A DNA stretch of 20,990 nt from Candidatus Krumholzibacteriia bacterium (lineage in GTDB: Bacteria > Krumholzibacteriota > Krumholzibacteriia > LZORAL124-64-63). The notes below the pieces were generated by a model that had not been told where the DNA came from, searched no databases, and saw only the letters and a list, made by a program, of their open reading frames with translations. Where the stretch lies: contig JAZBOO010000315.1 in assembly GCA_036351155.1 (NCBI GenBank), positions 1-20,990 on the forward strand. Direction: 5' to 3'. This document shows, in pieces, positions 1 through 8,535 of the stretch. Within the stretch, counting starts at the first letter, position 1. Each line of letters begins with the position of its first letter. The position numbers were made by a program, and so were the translations under genes.

Positions 1-1152
1 GAGGTCCGCGACCTGCTCGTCACCGTATCCCATGGCCGGCAAAAGGGTGCCGATCTCGGGGTAGATCTCGAAAGTTTCGGCAAGTTTACCCGTAGCCCAG
101 GGGCGCGGGTCAACCAATTCCTCGGCACCCATGCGCATGGCGGCAACCACGCCGGCGCCATAGGCCATGTTGCCATGGGTAAGGGTCGGGCCGTCTTCCA
201 CCACGAGAACCCTCTTGCCGTTCAGATCAACGTCACCCTCCATGGTCAGGGGGCTGGCGGCGTCGATGATCATGGCGTTGGGGTTGATGGCGCGGATGTT
301 GTCGCGCACCAGTTCGATATTCTCGAATTCCGCTTCCACTTCCTTGTTGATGACCACGGCATCAGCCATGCGCACGTTGGTCTCGCTGGGGAAGTAGGTG
401 TTCTCGTGGCCGGGACGATGAGGGTCGGCCACCACGATGTGGCAGTCGCTCTTGTAGAAGTTGGTGTCGTTGTTGCCGCCGTCCCACAGGATGATGTCGG
501 CTTCCTTCTCGGCCTCGCGCAGGATGGCCTCGTAGTCGACGCCGGCGTAGATCACGCCGCCGGCCACGATGTGCGGCTCGTACTCTTCCATTTCCTCGAT
601 GGTGCACTTGTGCTTGGCCAGGTCGCCGATCTCGGCAAAGCGCTGCACCTTCTGGGCCACCAGGTCGCCGTAGGGCATGGGGTGACGAACGGCCACGACC
701 TTCTTGCCGGCCTTGCGCAGGATCTCGCAGATGCGGCGGCTGGTCTGGCTCTTGCCGCAACCGGTGCGCACGGCGCCCACGCTGATCACGGGCTTGGTGC
801 TCTTGATCTGGGTGTGACGCTCGCCCAGCATGGAGAAGTCGGCACCGGCTGCGTTGCAAACCGAGGCCAGGCTCATGACCTGCTCGTAGCTACGGTCGCT
901 GTAGGACATGACGCAGACATCGGCCTCATGCTTGTTGATCAGGTCGACGATGTTGCCCTCGTCTTCGATGGGAATGCCATTGGGGTACAGGTCGCCGGCC
1001 AGCTCGGCAGGGTACTTGCGGCCGTCGATATCGGGGATCTGGGTGGCGGTGAAGGCCACGACCTCGAATTTTTCATTGCCGCGGTAGACGCAGTTGAAGT
1101 TGTGGAAGTCACGTCCGGCCGCGCCGAGAATGATCACCTTGGTCCTGCTCAT
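1..1152 (-). CDS. COG2403 P-loop NTPase of the cyclic 2,3-diphosphoglycerate synthetase-like family; probable arginine synthetase (ArcE-type); 3'-partial, runs off the window
   Basis: Not in the ORF track because there is no stop in the window. Manual translation from ATG 1152 (SD AAGGAG upstream): MSRTKVIILGAAGRDFHNFNCVYRGNEKFEVVAFTATQIPDIDGRKYPAELAGDLYPNGIPI...AVRTGCGKSQTSR...RHPMPYGDL...TIEEMEEYEPHI...WDGGNND...VVEDGPTLTHG...LLPAMGYGDEQVADL. The frame stays open to position 1. Confidence 0.85.
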   Translation of the reverse strand, partial: MSRTKVIILGAAGRDFHNFNCVYRGNEKFEVVAFTATQIPDIDGRKYPAELAGDLYPNGIPIEDEGNIVDLINKHEADVCVMSYSDRSYEQVMSLASVCNAAGADFSMLGERHTQIKSTKPVISVGAVRTGCGKSQTSRRICEILRKAGKKVVAVRHPMPYGDLVAQKVQRFAEIGDLAKHKCTIEEMEEYEPHIVAGGVIYAGVDYEAILREAEKEADIILWDGGNNDTNFYKSDCHIVVADPHRPGHENTYFPSETNVRMADAVVINKEVEAEFENIELVRDNIRAINPNAMIIDAASPLTMEGDVDLNGKRVLVVEDGPTLTHGNMAYGAGVVAAMRMGAEELVDPRPWATGKLAETFEIYPEIGTLLPAMGYGDEQVADL

Positions 1153-1178
1153 GATTGCTCCTTGAGATCCGTTGCGGA

Positions 1179-1688
1179 TCAGGATGGGCCGCCGCCATCG
1201 GGAATTTTCCGGATGGAAGCGATGATTCGGGAGGTCGACCAGCCGGGCACCATAGGCACACGCACAACGCGGCCGCCCCAGGATTTCACCTCGGCGGCAC
1301 CCACGATGTCATCTTCTTGATACTCGGACCCCTTGACGAGCACGTCGGGCCTGATCAGGAGAATACACTCCAGCGGTGTCGGCTCGTCAAAAATAGTGAC
1401 CGCGGAAACCGGCCGCAAGGCGGCAATGAGGCGGGCCCGATCCTGCTCGGGCAGAATGGGACGGCCCAGGCCCTTGAGGTCCCGCACCGAGGCATCGCTG
1501 TTCAGGGCCACCACCAGGTGGTCGGCCGCTGCGGCAGCCTGGGTCAGACTGGCCAAATGCCCGCTATGGACCAGATCGAAGCACCCATTGGTGAATCCGA
1601 TGGTCTGTCCGGCGGCATGCACTTCTGCGGACCAGGCAGCCAGATCCCCGCGTGCCAGGACAATCCCGACTTCGATTCCGGCGGTCAT
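1179..1688 (-). CDS. rfaE2: D-glycero-beta-D-manno-heptose 1-phosphate adenylyltransferase (HldC/RfaE domain II)
   Basis: FTNGCFDLVHSGH (HxGH), LVVALNSDASVRDLKG..RP, PDVLVKG and GWSTS motifs. SD GGAGG; ATGA overlap with the upstream kinase gene. Confidence 0.92.
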   Translation of the reverse strand: MTAGIEVGIVLARGDLAAWSAEVHAAGQTIGFTNGCFDLVHSGHLASLTQAAAAADHLVVALNSDASVRDLKGLGRPILPEQDRARLIAALRPVSAVTIFDEPTPLECILLIRPDVLVKGSEYQEDDIVGAAEVKSWGGRVVRVPMVPGWSTSRIIASIRKIPDGGGPS

Positions 1689-2668
1689 TCGGCCTCCCTT
1701 TCCGTCAGATGAGTCATCAATTGACGGGCCGTCACCGCTGCGGTCCCCAGTTCCCGGACGGCCAGGCCGGCCGCATGGTTGGCCAGGGCGGCGGCCGTGG
1801 CATAGTCCGCACCCCCGGCCAGGGCGGTGGTATAGGCAGCGATCACCGTGTCCCCGGCCCCCGTGACATCGTAGACCATGGTGGCCTCGGTCGGCAGGTG
1901 ACAGGCCGGCTGCCCCGTCTGAAAGAGAGCCATGCCGTGCTCGCCCCGGGTGATCAGCACCGCTTCAGCCTCCGTCCGCTCCAGGAGGCGCGCCCCGGCT
2001 TCGGCCAGGGTGGCCTCGTCCACGATCCCCAGGGCACAGGCCTGCTCGGCCTCCTTCTGGTTCGGGGTCAGGGAGGTGACTCCGCGATACTGGCTGTAGT
2101 CACCTTTTTTGGGGTCGACCACCACCGGCTTGCCCTGGCTCCGTGCGTAACCGATGAGCGCGGCCAGCGCCCCATCGGTCAGAACCCCCTTGCCGTAATC
2201 GCTCAGGATGAAGCCGTCCAAAGGACCCAGGGCCTGAACCTGCTTCACCAGCTGGGCCACCTGGTCCTCGGTCAATGGCTGGTCATCCTCGCGGTCGGCA
2301 CGCACCACCTGCTGACTGTGAGCGATGATGCGTGTCTTGACGGTGGTCGGACGTTCGGGGATTTCCATCATGCCGGCGGCGTCGATTTCCCGGTGCGCCA
2401 GCAGGCCGCGCATCTGCGCGCCGGCCTCGTCCTTCCCCCAGATGCCGCACAGGACCGCCTCGGCTCCCAGGGCACGGATGTTGGCCGCCACGTTGGCCGC
2501 CCCACCCAGCTTGACGGTTTCCCGCTCCAGCCTGACCACCGGCACGGGCGCCTCGGGACTGATCCGATCCACGCTTCCCCAGAGGAACCGGTCCACCATG
2601 CTGTCGCCGATGACGGCCAGACGGCGCCCCGCAAAACCTTCCAGGATATCCTTGTATTTACGTGTCAT
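1685..2668 (-). CDS. rfaE1: D-glycero-beta-D-manno-heptose 7-phosphate kinase (HldA/RfaE domain I, PfkB family)
   Basis: VIGDSMVDRFLWGSVDRISPEAPVPVV, GGAANVA, LSDYGKG, TPNQKE and DVTGAGDT (PfkB signature). Confidence 0.93.
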   Translation of the reverse strand: MTRKYKDILEGFAGRRLAVIGDSMVDRFLWGSVDRISPEAPVPVVRLERETVKLGGAANVAANIRALGAEAVLCGIWGKDEAGAQMRGLLAHREIDAAGMMEIPERPTTVKTRIIAHSQQVVRADREDDQPLTEDQVAQLVKQVQALGPLDGFILSDYGKGVLTDGALAALIGYARSQGKPVVVDPKKGDYSQYRGVTSLTPNQKEAEQACALGIVDEATLAEAGARLLERTEAEAVLITRGEHGMALFQTGQPACHLPTEATMVYDVTGAGDTVIAAYTTALAGGADYATAAALANHAAGLAVRELGTAAVTARQLMTHLTEREAE

Positions 2669-2721
2669 GTGGGCATTCTTTCAGTTTGTTGTCGGTTGGA
2701 CTGGCGTCGGCCGCCGACCGG

Positions 2722-2750
2722 AAGCTATCATCCACACTCAAGAGTGTCAA
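2722..2750 (-). promoter_or_regulatory. sigma70-type promoter for the rfaE1-rfaE2-NTPase operon
   Basis: Minus strand reads TTGACA (2750-2745), a 17-bp spacer ending in TGA, then TAGCTT (2727-2722). This gives a perfect -35, optimal spacing and an extended -10 TGn, 53 bp upstream of the rfaE1 ATG. Confidence 0.7.
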
Positions 2751-2804
2751 CGCGGGCCCCGTGGCCCGGATCCCTGGATTCCCCTGATTGCGAGAGGATT
2801 ATTC

Positions 2805-3107
2805 ATGAACAAGGCCCCCCAGCAGAGGATCACCCTGGACCTCGGCGAGAAAGAGTCCGAGGGAATCTACAGCAATCTGACCCTGATCAGCAGCAGCCCG
2901 GCGGAGTTCATCCTGGATTTTGCCCGGCTTTTGCCCGGCAATCCCAAGACCAAGGTGCATGCCCGGATCGTCATGACGCCCCAGGCAGCCAAGGCCTTCC
3001 AGTTGAATCTGGCCCGGAATATCGAGCATTTCGAGGAGAAAAACGGCGAGATCAAGCTGGCCGGGCAGCCCGAGCAAGGCCCGGGGATCGGGTTTCAGAC
3101 CAACTGA
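2805..3107 (+). CDS. DUF3467-like small conserved protein (100 aa)
   Basis: MNKAPQQRITLDLGEKESEGIYSNLTLISSSPAEFILDFARLLPGNPKTKVHARIVMTPQAAK...GEIK matches the recognisable G.YSN...S.AEF..DF....PG.....V..RI.MTP pattern. GAGAGG SD lies before ATG 2805; the 260-aa ORF from 2325 is an upstream over-extension. Confidence 0.8.
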   Translation: MNKAPQQRITLDLGEKESEGIYSNLTLISSSPAEFILDFARLLPGNPKTKVHARIVMTPQAAKAFQLNLARNIEHFEEKNGEIKLAGQPEQGPGIGFQTN

Positions 3108-3118
3108 CCCGGCCCTGG

Positions 3119-4336
3119 TCATCCCGTGTTGACCAGGCTCCGCAACCGCCAGGTGGCCAGGGCCAGCAGGGTGACAAACCAGATGGCCAGACCGGTCAAC
3201 AGACCGGACAGTTCCGGCACGCCATACCCTCGGCCGATCATGTCATGGAACACGGTGATCGCCTGACCGGTGGGCAGAATCTTGCCCACCGTTTGCATGA
3301 AGTCGGGCACGATTTCCAGCGGCCACCACAGGCCGCCCATGGCCGCCATGATCAAGGTCACAGCCAGCCCCAGACCGTCGGCCTGAGCTCCGGTGCGGGC
3401 CACGGTGCCCAGCAGGACCGACCCGGCGGAACTGACACCGGCAAACAGCAAAACCACCAGCACCAGACCAGCCAGGGAATCGCCGTAATCCACCCGGAAC
3501 GGCGGCAACATGTTGAGAGCCAGCAGGACACCCGCCTGCAGGAGCCCCAGCACCATGCCTCCGATGAAGAAACCGAGCACCAGGTCCAGGCTGCTCGCCT
3601 TGCTGACCATGAGGCGAGCCAGCGTCCGGTCCTGCCTTTCGGTGACCAGATCCTTGGCCGACAGCATCAGGAACATCATGACGAAGAAGATGGTGTAGGC
3701 CGGCCCGAGGTGCAGGGCGCTGCGGTCGAGCTTGAGGCCCGTGTCGGGAATGCGACCCAGCGTGCGCGCCGCCAGGGTGATTCTGGGCTCCTGCCAGGCT
3801 TCCTCGAACCGGTCGGCCTCGAAGGGCTGGGGAGCCAGGTCCGAGGCGGTTTGAGAAAGATGCAAGGTGGCCCGCTGCGTGTTGAGCTTGACGATGGTCT
3901 GGTCGATCAGAGTCCGCGCCGTCTGGCTGCTGAGCCGATTGGAATCGTAAAGCAAGCGCAGACTGACCGAATCGGCCCGGGCCACCCGCTGAGTAAAATC
4001 TTCGGGAATGTAAAGGGCGCCGGTGATCCGCTGCTTGTCGATGGCGCGGCGGACGGGCTCCTCGGCAATGGTGGAATCGGCGCGAACCAGAAGGAAGCGC
4101 GCATTGTCCAGCAAGGGGGCCAGCAAGGCGTCGGCGGCTCTTCCCCCATCCAGATCGTAGACCATGAAGCGTGGGCGGTCATCGGCCCCTGAGCTACCAC
4201 TCCAATCCCCCATCATCTGTCCCATGAGGAAGGAAAAAAGCATGGGCATGAGGAACAGCCAGATCAGGTTGGATCGTTCCCGGAACACGCGGGTAAGTCG
4301 CAGCCGCACCAGAGTGGCAATGAGGACGGGGTTCAT
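3119..4336 (-). CDS. ABC-2 family exporter permease (about 405 aa)
   Basis: N-terminal TM (LIWLFLMPMLFSFLMG), extracytoplasmic domain, ERQDRTLARL motif, C-terminal TMs and GGLWWPLEIVPDFMQ..LP. Start placed at ATG 4336, which overlaps the upstream stop (ATGA) and has a GGAGG SD. Confidence 0.88.
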   Translation of the reverse strand: MNPVLIATLVRLRLTRVFRERSNLIWLFLMPMLFSFLMGQMMGDWSGSSGADDRPRFMVYDLDGGRAADALLAPLLDNARFLLVRADSTIAEEPVRRAIDKQRITGALYIPEDFTQRVARADSVSLRLLYDSNRLSSQTARTLIDQTIVKLNTQRATLHLSQTASDLAPQPFEADRFEEAWQEPRITLAARTLGRIPDTGLKLDRSALHLGPAYTIFFVMMFLMLSAKDLVTERQDRTLARLMVSKASSLDLVLGFFIGGMVLGLLQAGVLLALNMLPPFRVDYGDSLAGLVLVVLLFAGVSSAGSVLLGTVARTGAQADGLGLAVTLIMAAMGGLWWPLEIVPDFMQTVGKILPTGQAITVFHDMIGRGYGVPELSGLLTGLAIWFVTLLALATWRLRSLVNTG

Positions 4337-5673
4337 ATCAAACCTCCCCGGCGCACACGCCAGCGGAACAGCACCAGATTGACAGCCAGCAGACCGAACG
4401 ACACACCGAAGAGCACCAGGGCCGGTCGGGGATCGCTGCCGATGCCCTGGCTTTCCATGAGAATGTTCTGGAAAGACTGGTTGGCCCAGTAGTTGAACAT
4501 GAACTGGCTGATATTGGTCATCCAGCCCGGCAGGTTGTCCAGCGGGACCATGTTGCCCCCCAGCATGGCCGAAACCAGGATGACGACGGTGGTCAGGTTG
4601 TCCATGTATTTCTCGTTGGGACTGAGCAGGGCCAGCAACATGAACACGCTGGAGGCGGCGGTGCTGCACAGGATCACGATGGTCAGCAAGGAAAGCGGAG
4701 CGGCTGTCAGGTCCACCCGGTACAGGATGCCACCTGCCAGAAACAGGACCGAAAGCATGAAGACACCCTGTCCGGAGGCCGCCAGCCATTTGCCCAGCAA
4801 GAGGGAACCGGGCCGCAACGGGGCGAGCAGCTGACGCTGCAGGGTTCCCGAAGCCCTTTCCCGGTGCAGGTCCCGACAGTTGGCCGCCACGCTGAACATC
4901 AGGAAAAACACGGCAAAAGTGGGCAGGAAGTAATTGAAAAGGTTGACCTGACCGTCGTTGGCGCCCTCGCCGGTGGGTGCCTTGTCGTCCACCGAAAGCG
5001 TGATGCCTCCCTCTTGCAGGGCCTGGACCAGGGCCATTTGACGGTCCATTCCGGTGAGGAAAACCTGTCCCACGGTCTCCAGTTCGCTGTTCTGGTCACT
5101 CCGGCGCACACGTTGCCAGATGTCGGCGAAATCTCCGGCGAAAAACTTCTCCGCCCAATCTTCCAGCTTCTGATTCTCCACCGGATCGGCGGTTTCAGGC
5201 CAGAGGGTCACGTAGGCGGCCTCGTTGGCCTGGACCAGCACCACCAGGCGCCGGATGACTTCCTCGACGATGCCGGCCTTCAACTGGCTGGCCGGGTCTT
5301 TCCAGACCTCGATGGCGACCTCTTCGTAGGAAAAGAATCGTTCCGTGAAGTCAGCCGGCAGCACCACGGCAGCCGCCACCGCCCCCTCCTTGACCCAGGC
5401 GGCAGCCTGGGCAGTATCGGTCCAGGTGGCCTGGAAGAAGCCGGTTTCTGCCAGTCCATCGGCGAGAGGTTGCTTCAGCATGTCCGGCAAATCGCCCGCT
5501 ACCAGGGCCACCGGGATGGCGCTGATACCCCCGGTTTTTCCGAATAATCCCCCCCCAAAGGACAGCCCCATGATGAAGGTGAGCAGAAAGGGAACCACCA
5601 GGCTGATGACGAAGGACTTCCTGTCACTCACCATGCGCTTCAAGTCTTTGAAAGCCAGTACGATAACCTGCAT
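4333..5673 (-). CDS. ABC-2 family exporter permease (446 aa)
   Basis: FKDLKRMVSDRK start, TM1, large extracytoplasmic domain, ERASGTLQRQLLAP and LGGNMVPLDNLPGWM. Confidence 0.88.
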   Translation of the reverse strand: MQVIVLAFKDLKRMVSDRKSFVISLVVPFLLTFIMGLSFGGGLFGKTGGISAIPVALVAGDLPDMLKQPLADGLAETGFFQATWTDTAQAAAWVKEGAVAAAVVLPADFTERFFSYEEVAIEVWKDPASQLKAGIVEEVIRRLVVLVQANEAAYVTLWPETADPVENQKLEDWAEKFFAGDFADIWQRVRRSDQNSELETVGQVFLTGMDRQMALVQALQEGGITLSVDDKAPTGEGANDGQVNLFNYFLPTFAVFFLMFSVAANCRDLHRERASGTLQRQLLAPLRPGSLLLGKWLAASGQGVFMLSVLFLAGGILYRVDLTAAPLSLLTIVILCSTAASSVFMLLALLSPNEKYMDNLTTVVILVSAMLGGNMVPLDNLPGWMTNISQFMFNYWANQSFQNILMESQGIGSDPRPALVLFGVSFGLLAVNLVLFRWRVRRGGLI

Positions 5674-5681
5674 CCCTTGAC

Positions 5682-6614
5682 CTACTCCCTCAAGCTGCGG
5701 CCGGTGAGGCTCAGGTACAAGGTTTCCAGGTTGGGACGGTCAACTTCAAGCTGGGATAAAGGCAAACCCTGCTCCTGAAGCCAGGCCTGGATCAGAGGGA
5801 GGGATTCGGCACCATCGCCGACCCGCACCTCAACCTTGCCCCGGCGCCGGCCCACACCACGGCAACTGGGCCACTGTGCACAGGCTTCCTCAAGGGCCGC
5901 CATCTTATCTTCGGGCAGGATGAACCGGATCAGGTCCTCGTTGCCGATCTGGTGGATCAATTCTTCCTTGTCCCCCACTGCCACCATTTTTCCCTTGTCG
6001 ATCACCCCGATCCGGTCGCAAAGCTGCTCAGCTTCCTCCAGGTAGTGAGTGGTGTAGATCACCGTCAGACCGCCGCCACTCAGCTGCTTGATCATTTCCA
6101 GGATGCGGCTGCGCGCCTGAGCATCAATGCCCACGGTGGGTTCGTCCAGGTAAAGGACTTCCGGGGAATGCACCAGCCCCACCACCAGGTTCAGACGTCG
6201 TTTCATGCCCCCCGAATACTGTTCGACCTTCTGGTTGGCCTGCTCGGTCAGATCGGCCATTTCCAGCAGTTCGGCCACCCGGTTTTTCAGGACCTTCCCC
6301 CCCAGACCATGCAAGCGGCCCCAGAATTCCAGGTTGTCCCGGGCGGTCAGATCGGTATAGAGGGCGATTTCCTGGGGCACAATGCCGATCAACCGCCGCA
6401 CCTGGTCCGGTGCCGTGGCCAGGTCGTGGCCGCCGATGACGGCTGCTCCGCCATCACTTTTGAGCAGGGTGGCCAGCACGCTGATGGTGGTGGTTTTGCC
6501 GGCGCCATTGGGGCCCAGCAGGCCGAAGAGTTCGCCCCGGCTCACCGCGAAGCTGACGCCATCGACCGCCCGGTGCGATCCATACTTCTTGACCAGATTG
6601 TTGACCGTGATCAC
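5682..6614 (-). CDS. ABC exporter ATP-binding subunit (DrrA/LnrL-like)
   Basis: Walker A GPNGAGKTT, signature YSGGMKRR, Walker B LYLDEPT, H-loop TTHYLEE. GTG start overlaps the upstream stop (GTGA). Confidence 0.93.
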   Translation of the reverse strand: MITVNNLVKKYGSHRAVDGVSFAVSRGELFGLLGPNGAGKTTTISVLATLLKSDGGAAVIGGHDLATAPDQVRRLIGIVPQEIALYTDLTARDNLEFWGRLHGLGGKVLKNRVAELLEMADLTEQANQKVEQYSGGMKRRLNLVVGLVHSPEVLYLDEPTVGIDAQARSRILEMIKQLSGGGLTVIYTTHYLEEAEQLCDRIGVIDKGKMVAVGDKEELIHQIGNEDLIRFILPEDKMAALEEACAQWPSCRGVGRRRGKVEVRVGDGAESLPLIQAWLQEQGLPLSQLEVDRPNLETLYLSLTGRSLRE

Positions 6615-7513
6615 GATTTCTCCTCGGGAGGTCGAGTCTTCCAGCGGCGATGCAGCCAGAAATAATGTTCCGGGGCCATACGTACAGCGGCCTCCAGACG
6701 TTGCACATGAATTTCGGTCAGGCGAGTGACGGCCGTTTCCTCATCCCATTCGGGGTCCGGAAAGACCGGAGGGTCGATGATCACCCGGTGGCGGCCATCG
6801 TCCAGCCTCAGGATATGCCCGGTGACGATGGGACACTTGAGCTTCCAGGCCAGATAAGCCGTCCCCCGAAAAACCGAGGCCGGACGGCCCAGGAAGGAGC
6901 AGAACACCCCGTCCTTGCCCGCATCCTGATCGGCCAGCAGGCCGATGAACTCGCGACGGCGCAGGGCCAGGATCATGTCCTTGATGTTTTTCCCCGAGCG
7001 GATGATGCCGATGCCCGCCCGGGCCCGGATGTCGTTCTGGACCCGGTCCACCCGGGCGTTGGCCTGGCTCTTGACGATGAAGTTGACCTTGTGGCCGGCC
7101 GCCACCACCCGAGCCCCCAGCAGTTCCCAGTTGCCGAAATGGCCCGAGACCAGCAAGCCGCCCTGACCGGCACTGACCACCTGATCGAAATACTCCTGCC
7201 CCTGAATCTCGGCGAGATCAAGGATATCTGTGGAATCGAGCCGGGGAAAAGCCAGGAACTCCATGAGGGTCATGCCCAGCTGGCGGTAGAACCGACGGGC
7301 GGTGACGCGGATCTGTTCCTCATTCATTTCGTGGCCGAATGCCTGCCGGATGTTGTCCAGCACCACGCCCCGCCGGAAGCGCACCACATGCCACACGAAG
7401 GCCCCCACTCCTCTGCCCACGGCCAGTAGCCAGGGACGCGGCAAGGGGCGCGCCAGCAGAAAAAGTCCGTAGAGCAGTCCATAGTCGAGCCACTGCCGAG
7501 GACGAGAGGTCAT
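6611..7513 (-). CDS. Lipid A biosynthesis acyltransferase (LpxL/HtrB family lysophospholipid acyltransferase)
   Basis: SGHFGNWE (HxxxxE catalytic motif), LADQDAG, FLGRPA and PEHYFWLHRRWKT. ATG 7513 follows GGAG. Confidence 0.85.
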   Translation of the reverse strand: MTSRPRQWLDYGLLYGLFLLARPLPRPWLLAVGRGVGAFVWHVVRFRRGVVLDNIRQAFGHEMNEEQIRVTARRFYRQLGMTLMEFLAFPRLDSTDILDLAEIQGQEYFDQVVSAGQGGLLVSGHFGNWELLGARVVAAGHKVNFIVKSQANARVDRVQNDIRARAGIGIIRSGKNIKDMILALRRREFIGLLADQDAGKDGVFCSFLGRPASVFRGTAYLAWKLKCPIVTGHILRLDDGRHRVIIDPPVFPDPEWDEETAVTRLTEIHVQRLEAAVRMAPEHYFWLHRRWKTRPPEEKS

Positions 7514-7573
7514 GGGGTCTCCGGGCACACCTCAGCGAGGTGCGGATCAAGAGGGTGAACCCTGATGGGGGAA

Positions 7574-8500
7574 TCACCAGATCTTACGCGCCAGACCGCC
7601 TCCCGGCAACCTCTGGATCAGGCCGGCCAGCTCCAGGGCCAGCAGGGCTTCCATCCAGGCCTGTTCGCTCCCGGCCCAGCGTCCACGCAGCTGTTCCCGG
7701 GACACTCCCTCGAAATCCAGGCGGTCAAAGATCCAGCGGGCGGCTGTGCCGCGGTCGGGGACAGCGCTGGCCACTCCTGAACCTTCCGCACGAGGAGACG
7801 ACCGTGGAGCCGGAGGTTTCAGCACGGCATGGATATCCTCCGCCGAGGTGACCAGGTGAGCCCCCTCCTTCAGGAGCCGGTGACAACCCCGGCTCGACTC
7901 CAGATCCACGGGTCCAGGCACGGCGAACACCTCGCGGTTGTAATCCAGGGCCAGATAGGCCGTGGACAGGGCGCCACTGCGGGAAGGCGCTTCCACCACC
8001 ACCACCCCCTGACACAGCGAAGCGATCAGGCGATTCCGACGGGGAAAGTGGAAGCGGCGAGGTGCGGCTCCCTCCGCAAATTCCGTCAGACAGCACCCCG
8101 CAGCTTCAATTTCCCTGCGTAACTGCTGATGCTCATGGGGATAGGTGCGGTCCGGCCCCGTGGCCATGACCGCCACCGTGGAGCCGCCAACATCGAGGGC
8201 CCCCTGGTGCGCCGCCGCGTCAATGCCCAGGGCCAAACCGCTGACGATGGTCCAGCCCCGGACAGCCAGCGCACTCGCCAGTGCTCGGGCGAAGGCCAGC
8301 CCCCTTGGAGTGGCCCGCCGGGTCCCGACCATCGCCAGCAGCGCACCTTGCAGCGCCTCTGGCTGCCCGGTGACTTGCACCTGCCCCGGAGGGTCGGTCA
8401 TCTGATCCCACAGGGCAGGCCAGTGGGGGTGACCTCGAAACAAAGAAACAGGGGAGCACACGGAGGGAGCACGGGAGGGCTGGCCATGCACATGGGCCAT
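7574..8500 (-). CDS. dprA: DNA processing protein DprA (Smf)
   Basis: AMVGTRRAT..G, IVSGLALGIDAAAHQGAL, FPRRNRLIA, VVVEA..RSGALSTA, REVFAVPG, GCHRLLKEGA and a C-terminal winged-helix-like LLALELAGLIQRLPGG. Confidence 0.93.
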   Translation of the reverse strand: MAHVHGQPSRAPSVCSPVSLFRGHPHWPALWDQMTDPPGQVQVTGQPEALQGALLAMVGTRRATPRGLAFARALASALAVRGWTIVSGLALGIDAAAHQGALDVGGSTVAVMATGPDRTYPHEHQQLRREIEAAGCCLTEFAEGAAPRRFHFPRRNRLIASLCQGVVVVEAPSRSGALSTAYLALDYNREVFAVPGPVDLESSRGCHRLLKEGAHLVTSAEDIHAVLKPPAPRSSPRAEGSGVASAVPDRGTAARWIFDRLDFEGVSREQLRGRWAGSEQAWMEALLALELAGLIQRLPGGGLARKIW

Positions 8501-8535
8501 GGTCGGGCTTCACGATCCGGGAGGAGATGAATGGA

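Noticed and set aside
1230..1253. Possible CDP/UDP-heptose-forming nucleotidyltransferase (STT-R5 type motif)
   Set aside because: The motif reads MVPGWSTS, with Trp rather than Arg at the fifth position, so an ordinary ADP-heptose enzyme is more likely.
175..1320. 381-aa + strand ORF
   Set aside because: Antisense shadow of the real minus-strand COG2403 gene; no recognisable motifs.
1652..4192. 846-aa + strand ORF, and similar long + ORFs at 8527-10239, 11349-12581, 12818-13846 and 14628-15968
   Set aside because: They overlap well-supported genes and lack motifs. Long stop-free antisense frames are expected with high-GC codon bias.
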